Part shown: piece after piece, positions 46,665-58,260 of the stretch
Layout: the number at the start of each line of letters is the position of its first letter
Position numbering within the stretch: position 1 is the first letter of the stretch
NCBI GenBank assembly: GCA_048013815.1
Contig: CM106586.1
Span: 15,066,169 to 15,130,000, forward strand
Direction of reading: 5' to 3'
Source: Setoptus koraiensis
Taxonomy: Eukaryota; Animalia; Arthropoda
Length of the DNA: 63,832 nucleotides
The notes under the pieces: model-generated
Told to the model about the DNA's origin: nothing
The model's database searches: none
What the model saw: the letters and a program-made list of their open reading frames with translations, nothing else
Translations under genes and position numbers: made by a program

Positions 46665-48229
46665 GTTTATTGGTGTTTGCAACAATATCGAAACCAATTT
46701 TCAGACTGAAGTGACTAGTGTGCGTTGTCCTCGTGCCATCGCACAACATATCTGGTTTTTGAGAAGAGAGCCCGCATGCCATCGTCTGGACGGGCAATAA
46801 CCAACAATCTCTAGTCCCAAATAAGTCATGTCGGTGCATCGCGACGGACTGATAGGAATTACAAGAGATTTCCTGGTTTGATTTCTTTTTTTTTTTCTCT
46901 ACTCACCACTCAAAATGCGCAAGAAATGATCGCACAAGGTCAATATAATGAATTAATTCACGCCAATCAATATAAATATCGAGATATATATATTACTGAT
47001 TCTGTAAACGAGTTATAAATAAAGTGTGGCCAAGGTGCGGGGAACGGAGCGAAAAGTTGGCTGCGTAAATTACGTGATAATATAATGATATCAATCTGTC
47101 TGGATTGATCGACATTATTGGTACACGTGGCCTGTGTAAGTTAGTAGTTATCTGTCCAGTTGTCTGGCTCAATTGTGAGGAGCTCACATTTTCAGACAGG
47201 CAAAGTCGCCAATAAAGTTGGACTGGATGTAAACTGGGCAGAAATAAAAATCTAGAGGCTGACGTAAGAGGCAATTCAAAGTAAAGGAAGAGGGTTGAAA
47301 TAAGAGAAAAGAGCATTTTACCTCGACTTGTGAGGGGCGAATTCTTTTGGCACTAGAGCGAGTTCTGTCGGACGAAAGAGGAACTAGCGCCTCAAATCAG
47401 TTACTGGAGTGCAAAAGGGGGCTCCGTGTCCGTAACAAATATCTGTAGATCAGATTGGATTCATACCGCACCGGATAACTCCGGAGAATTCACGGATGAA
47501 TCGCCTTGCTTGCTAGCATTCTGCATTCATTTGTTTTGACATTTGGTTTGGTCGGTTTGAGTATGATTTGATTTTTTAATTGTGTAAATATCGTACTGAG
47601 GATAATCATAGTGGGCATTCATTAGAGATCCGTGAATACTTATAAATGAGAGCATACCGGAAAAAAATCGAGAACTAACTCGGTGATATATGGATATCCG
47701 TGAATAGCCCGTAGGCTCCCCGCAAGTCGCGCGGATATCCATGGTGCGGTTGAAAGAGCGGACCGGGTATCCGCGCGTGTGTCACATGTGTTGTTTACAT
47801 GTTGTCTTGCACTCACAAATCACCGAGTTTACTTGCACTACAGTTGTATTTTAAATGATGCACCCGTCATATAAATAAGAAATCATTGTCAATTATTATT
47901 ATCAGTCGGTAGCTGTTTCCATAGGAAATGTCAATTAATCCACAAATGCAGCGGTGATTTAATATTATTATTATTGTGGAGCAGCTGATGAGTTGCCGGT
48001 GGAGAATTCACGAAGAAAGAGAGAAATCAATTCAGTCGAGATCATTAGAGCGCCTTCTATTAATAAATCATCAACAGCAAGACAGGACGAGACAACAGTA
48101 ATTACGATGATAAAGAGTAAGCATATTGAATAGCCTCCAGAACCAGCATTCACTGTAGCAAATACTCATAGGGCGTCAACGGGACGGTCCAATTAGAAAC
48201 AAGAGAAAAAACAGAACAATTTCAGCCAA

Positions 48230-49695
48230 ATGGTACATGTGTCTCCATCGGTAACTTTTATGATATATCTAGGTGTCGCCATAGCGCTCGTGACCGGATC
48301 CTATTCCATCTATTATTTCACCGTCATGTCCAAGGTAACAATAGGCACATATTCACGAGTCTACCTGCCACTCTAAGATTTGATTGAAGATTGATTTGAT
48401 ATTTACAAACTGTTTTTACCATTTATTTTCTATCGTGTCTACTTTACTGTGTGTACAGATACCTGAATTCAGAGTTCACAACTCAACAAAATTTGGAGCC
48501 TTCATCACGAGCAAATGTCCAATTATTGGCGAAGCGTTCAGTCCAACATCATGGGCCGGATCTTTTCTCATGCAGACAGTTGTTTCGTCTCTGCTGCGAA
48601 GTCGCCAAGACGAAATGAAATTCAACAGAGAATATTTGAATTGCTCGGACGGTGGTGAGGTATCCATAGATTGGTTTGAGGGGCATTCGGACTCGAAATT
48701 ATCGCAGCAACAAGACACTGGTGGCCCAGATGAAAAGACCAAACCTATAGCACTCATGTTCCCTGGATTGATAGGCGACAGTCAGAGCGAATATTTGCGA
48801 GGTATCATACCCATCGTTGACAAGCTTGGCTATAGAGTTGTTGCCTTCAACAACAGAGGCAGAGGCGGAATGAAATTAAAAACACCTAGACTGTATTGCG
48901 CCACCAATTTTGATGATTATGAGCTAGCCATAGATTACATTAGAAACATGTACCCAAAATCTACAATTGTTGCTACGGGCTTCTCAATGGGCGGAATGGT
49001 TCTGTGTCGCTATTTAGCCGAGAAGGGCCAACAGGCCAAAATTGACGCCGCCATGCTTGTGTCGGCCAATTACGATCTAGTCACTGGAACAGTTAATATG
49101 GAAAATAGTTGGGTGCATAGAACGATTGCCAAAATCATGACGAAAGCTCTCGTGGATGTGCTGTTTACGGAGAAAGAAATGTTATCCAAAGCAAACAAGG
49201 GTGTCGATTGGGACAAAGTTCGCCAGGCCACCTCATTCCGTGAGCTGGATAAAGTATTCACCTGTCCCATGTGGGGTTACAAAGATCCTGAAGAATATTT
49301 TGTTGATGCAACAAACACGGAAAGGGTCAATAGAATACGAGTGCCAACATTTTGTTTGAATTCTCAAGACGACATTCTATCGCCCTACGAAAGTTAGTAT
49401 CAATCTCAAGAGGCAATGCGATTGAGATATTGTTTAATCGCTGTCACTAATTACAATACATGCTAATTAATATTTAAAAATCTCTTCGTTTGGCACACTG
49501 TCATTTTTAGCTCTACCCTTGGATAAAGTGGAAAGCAACAAAGCTCTGGCGATGGTTGTTACAGCTCGCGGTGGGCATCTAGGTTTCATGGATGGTTGGA
49601 AACCAACAGTGCCATATTATGGAGACAGGCTTATCGAACAGTATCACAAAGGTTTACTAGAGATTGAATCACCTAAAGATCTCTTAGAGGCTTGA
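48230..49695 (+). CDS. ABHD3: Alpha/beta-hydrolase domain protein, ABHD1/ABHD3 (YheT-like) family, 407 aa
   Basis: join(48230..48334,48459..49392,49511..49695) with GT-AG introns of phase 0 and 1. N-terminal TM; DGGEVSIDW; PGLIGDSQSEY; FNNRG.GG..LKTPRLY; nucleophile GFSMGG; SQDD; RGGHLGF. ABHD1 and ABHD3 cannot be distinguished. Confidence 0.93.
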
Positions 49696-50476
49696 GAAAG
49701 CCTACACAGCAATCTATTATTGTCGTTGTCAGCTGTACAGTTGTTTTAAACAGCTCAATCTCGTGATATTGATGATGTGAATAGCTATTGTAAAATCAAC
49801 TGATGATCTCTTGGATGTTGCTCAAAGCCTCTTAGAATATTCCGTTAAAAATACCATTGAATTGTTGATATTACTTTGCCAACTTTTTTTAACTTAAAGG
49901 AAATTGTTGTCTGCTATCTGAGACTGTCCACTCTTGTGGAGCCGCCGCCCGAACATCGGTGATGGTCAAAATTGAAATAGACCCGTCCGATTCTTTGGGG
50001 AGACCCAAATTGTCCACGCCCCTTGGATATTTTCATCCACAATCGCGTTCTCTGGGTCTGAAATCGGTGAATAAGAATCTTTTTAAATCGCTCAAAAAAC
50101 CGCCTGTAGTTCAAGCGAAGTGCCATGTTTGGAGTCGGCAGCTGCACGAGTTGCCTAGATTATATCAACTTGGCATTATGAAGATGTTCCTTTAACACTA
50201 TCGTCACTGGTCCGCAGTAGCAGCTTCACGATTCTATTATCAGCCAGCTGAGGAATGTCAGAGGGGCGGCCAGCAGGGAAGTGTGGCCATGATTGGAGCG
50301 GTGTCTTGCGCCAAGGTAGTATTTGTTTATTGTCCCTATAGTTATAAAATTACATGACAATAAATCGAGCTATGATTCATTGCCATGCTTTGAACTCACA
50401 ATACCCACATTCGCAGAGTCACACCACAGTTGTGCCGCTCTCTGCTTGTTGTATTCATATCCCTTCGCTATTCACA

Positions 50477-51400
50477 TCATCTTGGTGGCGGATACACGGA
50501 TGCAGATTTCCGCGCATAATACCCGGTGGATCGATAGAATTCTGGGGGTCTCAACCAGTTGAAGTTCCGTTTGAAGCCCGTTTTCTGGAATCTTCGAAAT
50601 ACAGGGTCACTTTTGATCCAGGGACTTATGGACAACAATAATGTTCGCCGGGGTAGGAAATGGAGTAAGAGATGTAGCTCCTTGATGCTGAACTCGTTAC
50701 ATTCGTAAAGTAACAGAGTGTCAATTGACACCTCAGTCCACGCCGACAACTTGAGTGCATCTTGAAAAGTGCATAAAATCGTCGGACACTTCTTATAAGA
50801 TTCTTTATCGAATATCCGACTTACACCACGCATGCTTCGCGACGCTCCCAAATCAAGTTTCAGGTCTCTGGTATCGACGCACATGTAATTAGCATCATGT
50901 TCAGCAATATGTTCATCTCTGGGACGGAATATATTCACATTTCTTATCCTCTTAGTAAACATCATTTCGTGGGCTTCCTCTGCGATAGTCTCGAGAGTAT
51001 CAGCACTACCAGCACATATTAATACTTTTGAACTAGGACATGCTGTAGTCCCAAATAAAAAATCTGCTAAAAACACAATAGACTTCTTCCTGACGAACTC
51101 TTCCTCAGGTGGAGTCACCAAGAGCAAGATTCTTTTGCTCCTTATCTTTTTGAGGTTCTCTAACCGTCTTGCTTTCCAACCCAATCTCAGCTCGTTATTA
51201 TATTGCAAGTTACACAGGACTTGTCCCTCTTTACAACTTTTCTGGATAATTTCACGCAAAAATGCATCGTCGTCGATTCGTCTTATATTTCGTTTTAGTC
51301 TCCCAATTGATTTCTGATAGGATTTCTTGAGACTCTTGTTGATCAACAAATATTTTCCTGATTTCGGTCGGCCGAATTTCAATTCTTGTTTGTTATTCAT
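50477..51400 (-). CDS. Uncharacterised 307-aa protein resembling a degenerate SF2/DEAD-box RecA1 domain
   Basis: ATG-initiated 924-nt ORF with a TATA-like tatataa about 120 bp upstream, in the gene-dense block. Spaced segments echo DEAD motifs: KVLICAGSADTLETIAEE (Ia), TILCTFQDALKL (Ib), IDTLLLYECNEF (II), RRTLLLSISP (III). The domain call is by eye. Confidence 0.65.
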   Translation of the reverse strand: MNNKQELKFGRPKSGKYLLINKSLKKSYQKSIGRLKRNIRRIDDDAFLREIIQKSCKEGQVLCNLQYNNELRLGWKARRLENLKKIRSKRILLLVTPPEEEFVRKKSIVFLADFLFGTTACPSSKVLICAGSADTLETIAEEAHEMMFTKRIRNVNIFRPRDEHIAEHDANYMCVDTRDLKLDLGASRSMRGVSRIFDKESYKKCPTILCTFQDALKLSAWTEVSIDTLLLYECNEFSIKELHLLLHFLPRRTLLLSISPWIKSDPVFRRFQKTGFKRNFNWLRPPEFYRSTGYYARKSASVYPPPR

Positions 51401-52346
51401 CCCGAAGAGATACTCAGACGATCTGAGTCAGATCTGAAAATGAGTGTGTTGGCTGGATAGAACTGGTCTCCCTCAACAGGGAAACAACCGGATTCAAAAA
51501 TCTTATTGCTTCTTCCTCATTATATAAAGGACGATAACGATTATGAATTTTCGAAAGAAGATTGCCGTTCATTATGAATAATGCACGTGTCATATCGTCT
51601 ATATCACATCTTGGTTAGATGCCGATCTACTGCGTGCCAAATCTCTTTCTCATTGACAAGATATTGGCATCCATGAATATACACATAATAACAATTGTAT
51701 TTCACTATTACACGTCAGCCTAAAATCACTCTACCTATACTGTCTTGCGACAACAGTAATTTGAATGGTGCTAAGCTAATGAATTATGATGAATGAGATT
51801 GTCACCCTAGCATCTGAATGTCATTGACAAATGCATGTTTACCCCTGTGTCGCAGAGATTACAAAAACAAAACACCAACCAGAGTGTCGTATCTAATCTA
51901 TTGTCGGCAAGTTTTTTCAAGTTTGTCGCCAAATATTCAATGAGTGTGTGGCTTATGACAAACATCTATCACTCGTTCAACTACTCACAAGTATCCACTA
52001 ATATAAAAACATTTTCAAGAGGCATTTCTAGATCTTGATTGTTTTGCCTCGGTTATGAATAATACTTGCCGATATTAGATTAGATATCACATGATGCCTG
52101 GTACATGGCATTAACAATTGTGTATTTTGGAGGGTGACAATCTTGACATAAACATATTTTATAAACTCGTCAAATCAATGCCGTCTCAGAATAGTATATA
52201 TGGAGGATGTGTGCCATCTCTATAGTTACATAGTCATTTTGAACCGACCATTGTGGTACGCGAGACAAACTTATTGAACAAGTTACATTACATTACTCAT
52301 TCAGTTAGTTGATAATTCATAAAAAAACCAACTACTAATATTCCAA

Positions 52347-52834
52347 ATGAAGGTAAGCTAAACGTATCCCTATGGCGACAGTGATTTAAAGTTGTCCCAA
52401 TAGCCTGTCATCCAAAATCCCAAATGTCAATCTTCATGTTTATGACAATTAATCAATCAATCAATATTGACGCTTATCAATTGTTATTTCTTTAGCCTGT
52501 TCAGGTACTACTTGTTGCCCTGGTGGTTGTTTTGGTTGTGTGCAATATTGTTCAAAGTGCAGAAGAGGAGCAACAGGAAGAAACAAGCGTTGATTCGGTT
52601 TCTAGAGCCGGTGCCGATGATGAAAATGTCGAACCGGAAGTGCCAGTGAAAATCAAACAGAAGAAACATGGCAAACAATACGATGGAGCCTCAGAGGAGC
52701 AGGGTAAAACAAACAAGAAAAACAAAAACAAGGAACACAAGTCTTCGAAGGGATCCAAAGAATCTAGGCATATTTCAGCTGCTGACACGTACGAAGAAAA
52801 GCAGGCCACTTGTGTGTGCAAATTCAAAGTTTAA
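52347..52834 (+). CDS. Small secreted acidic/basic protein (~111-114 aa) with a 6-nt first coding exon
   Basis: ATGAAG|gtaagc at 52347-52353 spliced to the acceptor at 52504 (or in-frame 52495) gives MK(PVQ)VLLVALVVVLVVCNIVQS|AEEEQQEE...KKNKNKEHK...TCVCKFKV*. Confidence 0.8.
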
Positions 52835-53298
52835 TTTCCGAGAAACAACAGAAAAGCGTTTCTAGGCCGTCGGCGCAGAGGTTGCGAGAGAGAGACGGGG
52901 CGATCCAATGCCGACGGTCATTGAACATAACATGTTTGCTTGTAAGACAAATGACTTGTAAAATAAAGTGCCAAACTTTGAGCGGGTGACAGCGAAATGT
53001 CGCTTATGCGTTGCAGATTTAACCAGTTATCTCTTAATTTAATAAATGTTAAGTCAATCATGCTAGCCAGTTACAATGTTGTGACAAGTGCAATCATGCG
53101 TAAATGTGTTTGTTATTTAGTGTTGATAGTTGTTGTATTAATCTTGGAAGTTAACATTATCATAGTTACAATCATTCATTATTGGCCTACTATTATACTG
53201 GTCGATATTGTGCGCGGCCCAAAATCTTGTCTCTTGTTACATAAGCTTGTTTTGGGGCCCGCCTGTGCTATTGTTGTGTAGTTTTTGTTGTTGTTACT

Positions 53299-54195
53299 CT
53301 AAAATGAGTTCAAGATATTCACAAACAATGATATTAGGGATTTTGCTTTCGGTTTGATTTGCTTCTTCTTGATGCGCACCGTTATGTCCGTGAATGTTGT
53401 CACTAGATTGGCCATCTTAGGCTTTGCTTTGCACTCTTCAAAAGTCTTGTAACTACCACAAACTAGGTCAATTAATTCGCCAGTTGTTGTACTAATTATC
53501 TCATGTAAATAATGTGCTGTTTGATTGACATTTGGATAAGTGGAACAGGATTTTTCCACTGTCTCTTGTATATCACGTTTAAATATTTGGTATGAACAAC
53601 AAATGGCCGATATTCTATTATCTGCCTCAACTCTATTTGCGACATATTCAAATCTTGCTATTGAACCATCCATACACTGATGCAATTGTTCTAGATTCTC
53701 TGGAGCAAGACAGGTCAATTTATCCATAAATTCTTGTTTGGTTTGATCATTAGCACACAATTGATTGTATTGCTTTCGTCCGTTTCTTGTCACTGTCAAC
53801 AGCACTTGTCTTGGAAAAGAACTAAGACATTCTCTGGCATAGTTTTGTATGCATTTCAAAGATTTAGTTAAAGTACCACAGAATAAGTTCATTTGGCTAA
53901 CATTTTTCGGCATCACAAAGGTCCTATCACCCAAAAATCCTAGACTAGAGGCACACTTGTCCATTTCGACGTCTCGTTCCACTGGACACTTTTTAACAAC
54001 ACCAGCCGCATCGCCTGTGGCTGCAGATTCTGACGATGCCGGCGAGCTTGCTTGAGTTTGTTGGGCTGAGACCAATCGGATTAGGTTTGATGAGGCGTCA
54101 TTGTTGATGTTGGTGATGGCCAGGCTGGCAAATAAGAAGGTCAAAGCTATTGGTAACATGGGACAAAATAGTGATTCTCTGGTGAGTTTCAACAT
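53299..54195 (-). CDS. Secreted Cys-rich protein (298 aa), resembles the arthropod/nematode DUF19-like helical Cys-rich family
   Basis: Intronless ORF with an N-terminal hydrophobic signal (PIALTFLFASLAIT), an S/A linker, then about 12 spaced Cys (CPVERDVEMDKC...FC...KCIQNYARECL...LC...CL...QC...ICCSY...SC...LVCGSYKTFEEC). Family assigned from memory of the Cys pattern. Confidence 0.85.
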   Translation of the reverse strand: MLKLTRESLFCPMLPIALTFLFASLAITNINNDASSNLIRLVSAQQTQASSPASSESAATGDAAGVVKKCPVERDVEMDKCASSLGFLGDRTFVMPKNVSQMNLFCGTLTKSLKCIQNYARECLSSFPRQVLLTVTRNGRKQYNQLCANDQTKQEFMDKLTCLAPENLEQLHQCMDGSIARFEYVANRVEADNRISAICCSYQIFKRDIQETVEKSCSTYPNVNQTAHYLHEIISTTTGELIDLVCGSYKTFEECKAKPKMANLVTTFTDITVRIKKKQIKPKAKSLISLFVNILNSF

Positions 54196-55665
54196 GATTG
54201 CAAGATTTGTTGTATTTAGCAGCTTGAAGTTGATGTTCGCTGGTTGTTTGTCTGCTTGATATACTTTTTTGTTTGCTTTCGCTGATAAATCAAGTTTCTA
54301 TTATAGCAAGTTGATGAATAGAGAATTGTCCTCTGGACGATTTCGTGGCGGAGAATTAACTTATATTGATCATAAATAAAATATAAATATCATTTATTTT
54401 TTACTAAATAAGCTCCATAGGGGCGCGCGCAAAATTTTGCACACACACAAACACTGTCGTGGATTCAGGATAAATTAATGGAATTATATCATGCTCGCAA
54501 AACGTTCGAATGACGATAATATTGGAAGAATCAACTGTGTTATATGGAAAAAGAAGAATTGTTGATGGTGGTGAGCAACAAGTTTGTTGTTTGTCGCTGG
54601 TATTTTTTTAACTAATTGCGGTGATTGAGATTGGACGTGAGAATGAGAAGAATGATAACAATCACTGTGAATATTGTCTTGTTCGAGAACTTACAACTGT
54701 TTCCTTCTCGCTCGGCGTGGCTTGGCTTACAGATGGCTTCAGAAGGAATGTGATGGACGGTGACGAAAATAATAGAGAGCTCGACGAGTTGCGATGAGGC
54801 GGTTTCAAGTTCAATAGAATATATATATCTATTATGGTAATTGCAACAGATATCGTCGTCACAAATAGAGATAAAAACTAAAGTGGGGGTGAATAACAGA
54901 GCGGGACGCACCTCTATGGGGCTGGTCGTTCTATTGATCAGATAAATCGTGAGAAAGAGAATCAAAAGAACAATCTGTCGCTGATGACAAGTTTAATAAA
55001 CTCTATGGTGAGCACGTGAAAGATTGCAGAGACTCGAGAGGAATCTTGTTAACTATCGCTTTTAAACTTTCATTTATTATTGATATAATTTATCAGTTAT
55101 CATTCACGAACGATAAAATAAGAAGAAACGCAGCCAGTTAAAAAGCTGACGCCGTTATCAAGGTTCCAGCAGGAAAGTAAAGTGAAAACCAGTTGGTCTC
55201 TCTCTCTCTCTCTCTCTCTCAACTTTTTTCTTGATTTCAAATTTAAAATTTGGAAACTATATATCGAGATAGTTCTTCTCTAATCTAATTGATAAACTGT
55301 CGTAAAAATGAACAGAAAAGTATCATCGGATTATTAACTTTGATGACCAAATCAGTACACAAGAGATGAAACCCATTAGAACGTTAAAATAAGAGATGAT
55401 GATCACTAACTAACAATCATCAAACCAAACCAATAGTTTCGCTTAATTCAAGATGCTCAACTAACTAACAACAAGTTGCAACTTGTTTATGCCTGTATGT
55501 GGCCCATTCTCCATGTTTGTTTGACGCCAAATCAGGTTTTCTTCCTATCTTTCGTTCTTTCACTAACCCAACCATCTGTTAGTAAAGAGAGTATAACACG
55601 AATGGTGTTATTATATCACTAACGGTCTTGTTGTACTTTAATAATATGTTACTTTACAAGGTATT

Positions 55666-56091
55666 TTATACTCTTAACTTTAGGTCCTTGACTCTAAAGA
55701 CAGGATTACTTCTGATTGTGTCTGTAGGTTCCATCTTTGCTTCATAATATACTTGACTGAATAATTTCACTGAATTCACTATACTATTTAGTTGTTGTTG
55801 TTCGACGTTGAATATCCTTGATAGCACATAAGTATTCCATATGATTTGATCCGATTGATACAATGTTAATAGTCTATATAGTTTTGCTATTGTCAGGTTT
55901 CTAGGCACATGTCTATTAATGTCGTCGTTATTTGCTATTGGTGTTCCTAACTTGTCTGCAATGGGCACCGAGTCAACGTGTAGACTTTTAATTCTATCTA
56001 ATAGGTCCGCATCAATTTTATCAAATTTGGATCGTGTTGTTAAGCTCCTAGTGATAACATGTCGCATCGATATATTACCGAGACGTTCCAT
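55666..56091 (-). CDS. NDUFAF4: NDUFAF4-like complex I assembly factor (141 aa) with an atypical N-terminus
   Basis: LLDRIKSLHVDS and VPRNLTIAKLYRLLTLYQSDQIIWNTYVLSRIFNVEQQQLNSIVNSVKLF parallel the NDUFAF4 motifs LL..LK.VYVDS and P.G...i.eal.ll..h......Wt...i...y.l....v..ll.yf..F. Divergent from SMU1. Confidence 0.72.
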   Translation of the reverse strand: MERLGNISMRHVITRSLTTRSKFDKIDADLLDRIKSLHVDSVPIADKLGTPIANNDDINRHVPRNLTIAKLYRLLTLYQSDQIIWNTYVLSRIFNVEQQQLNSIVNSVKLFSQVYYEAKMEPTDTIRSNPVFRVKDLKLRV

Positions 56092-56646
56092 GATTACTTA
56101 ATGTGTTGAGTGATAAGTTAATTAGTTGCTAATTGAAATATTGTCATTCCATAATAGTAAGCCGAATAATAGAAGACTAGAATTTTCAAAGAAATGAGTG
56201 AGAAATCCAACGTGTTTTCCTCATGCTTTTTCTGACGCCATATGATTGATAATCTCTAGCAAAACTTCATCATATGAACGTGCTCATACAATTTCTCTGT
56301 TCTCTTTGATACTTTCGTAATATCTAGTTTCGACCGTGAGGGTCGCTTCAACACATTAGCTGTGTTCTGCTGTTTTGTGTTAGACACGACCAATATAAAT
56401 GTATGGCTACTGCTGAAGTAATCCATTATAAGTGAGTATGACAGAGAAGGTTGCGCAAAGACAAAAAACGCCGCCTTGCGGACAAATACTGCGAGACTCC
56501 TCTTATCAATACTTTTCAACTAACCAACACAAAAGAATCAAGTTGCATGTCGAAATTGTGGGCAACTTATAACTTTTAACTTATAATTTGGATCCCTTTA
56601 GATACTAAATCAATTGACAACTAAACAAGCACGGCGACCAACAACT

Positions 56647-58260
56647 ATGGCCACCATAGAGATTGAGCCCATGGACGTAATTCGTCTTATTGAACAATAT
56701 TTAAAGGAGAACAGTTTATTCAAGACATTACGGACATTGCAAGAGGAATCAGGTGTCAGTTTGAAGACAGTAGATTCTGTAGAGAGCTTTGTTCACGATA
56801 TTAATTCAGGTCGCTGGGATTTAGTTCTCAAGATAGTGCAACCGCTAAAATTAGCTGACAAGAAACTCATGGACCTCTATGAGCAGATATCCATAGAAAT
56901 GATAGAACAGGGAGAATTGGGCGCCGCTAGGCTGCTTATCAGAAGTACAGATCCAATGAAACAACTTAAAGAAGATCACCCAGACAGATATATACATTTG
57001 GAGAATTTGCTTGGTCGCAGTGGTTATTTTGACGCGCGTGAAGCTTATCCGGATGGTGGCTCCAAAGAAAAACGTAGGGCAGCGATAGCTCAGTCACTCA
57101 AGAATGAAGTGTCGGTTGTGCCATCCCAGAGACTACTGACATTGATTAACGACGCCTTGAAATGGCAGAAAAATCAAGGCCTCTTACCTCAGGGTACCTC
57201 AATAGATATATTTACTGGAAAGACTCAAATTAAAAAAATAGAGGACGAGGCGCCGCCAAATATGCTACACAAACAATGCATTGAGGCAACTCCACCTGAA
57301 ACTGAAGACGATGAGGACATTGCCGTTTTCTGCTCGCAATTCTCACCAGATGGACGCTATTTAGTAGTTGGATTCTCTTCTGGCATGATCGAAGTGTGGA
57401 ATCCGACCACGGGCAAACGGGCCAAAGATCTCAGATATCAGAGAGATAATCCAATGATGACTATCGAAAAGGATGATGACGGACAAAGACCCCTAGATGT
57501 AGCCGTATTTTCATTGTGTTTTAGCTCCGACTCTGAAGTTTTGGCAGCTGGTGATGGTGGCGGCAATTTAAGAGCATGGAGATTCCAAAGTGGTGAACGA
57601 ACTAAATACATTAAAAGTGCTCATTTGAAAACAGTCAGTTGCATCAAATTCAATCATGACAATTCTCAGATTTTGTCGGGAAGCCATGACACCACCCTTA
57701 GAATACACGGAATGAAGTCTGGACGTAAATTGAAAGAGTTTCGCGGCCACACATCATTCGTTAATGATGTCACATTCAATCATGATGGAACCAATATAAT
57801 CAGTGGCAGCAGTGACGGAACCATAAGAGTGTGGAACTCAAAAACTGCCGAGTGTATTCATACCCATAAGAGTGCCATAATGGATGTCAGAGTTCACACG
57901 ATCAGCTCAATTGGTAACTCAAAGAATGACTATATATTAGTTGGTACTCGATCCGATAGTATCAAAATATTGAAAGTGTATCAAGGAAAGATCTCCAAAC
58001 AGGAAATTATGAATTTCACAATCAAGAAGCCAGATAACGAACCCAAATCAAATATTGTTGCCTGTTGTGCCTCGCCCAAGGGTGAATGGATATACGCTGT
58101 TGATGACCGGAATTTATATTGTTTCAATTGTGAGAGTGGACTCGTTGAGAAAACAATAAGTGTTCACGAGAAGAGAACAATGGGCATCAGTCATCACCCT
58201 TTCCTGAATATGATAGCGACATTCGACGACATAGGAAATTTAAAATTATGGAAAGCGTGA
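56647..58260 (+). CDS. SMU1: WD40 repeat spliceosomal protein SMU1 (537 aa), intronless
   Basis: ATG 56647. IEIEPMDVIRLIEQYLKEN (LisH), YIHLENLL.R..YFDAREAYPDGGSKEKRRAAIAQ, EVSVVPSQRL..L...ALKWQ..QGLLP.GT.IDIF.GK, then WD40 repeats ending ...GNLKLWKA. Confidence 0.98.
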   Translation: MATIEIEPMDVIRLIEQYLKENSLFKTLRTLQEESGVSLKTVDSVESFVHDINSGRWDLVLKIVQPLKLADKKLMDLYEQISIEMIEQGELGAARLLIRSTDPMKQLKEDHPDRYIHLENLLGRSGYFDAREAYPDGGSKEKRRAAIAQSLKNEVSVVPSQRLLTLINDALKWQKNQGLLPQGTSIDIFTGKTQIKKIEDEAPPNMLHKQCIEATPPETEDDEDIAVFCSQFSPDGRYLVVGFSSGMIEVWNPTTGKRAKDLRYQRDNPMMTIEKDDDGQRPLDVAVFSLCFSSDSEVLAAGDGGGNLRAWRFQSGERTKYIKSAHLKTVSCIKFNHDNSQILSGSHDTTLRIHGMKSGRKLKEFRGHTSFVNDVTFNHDGTNIISGSSDGTIRVWNSKTAECIHTHKSAIMDVRVHTISSIGNSKNDYILVGTRSDSIKILKVYQGKISKQEIMNFTIKKPDNEPKSNIVACCASPKGEWIYAVDDRNLYCFNCESGLVEKTISVHEKRTMGISHHPFLNMIATFDDIGNLKLWKA

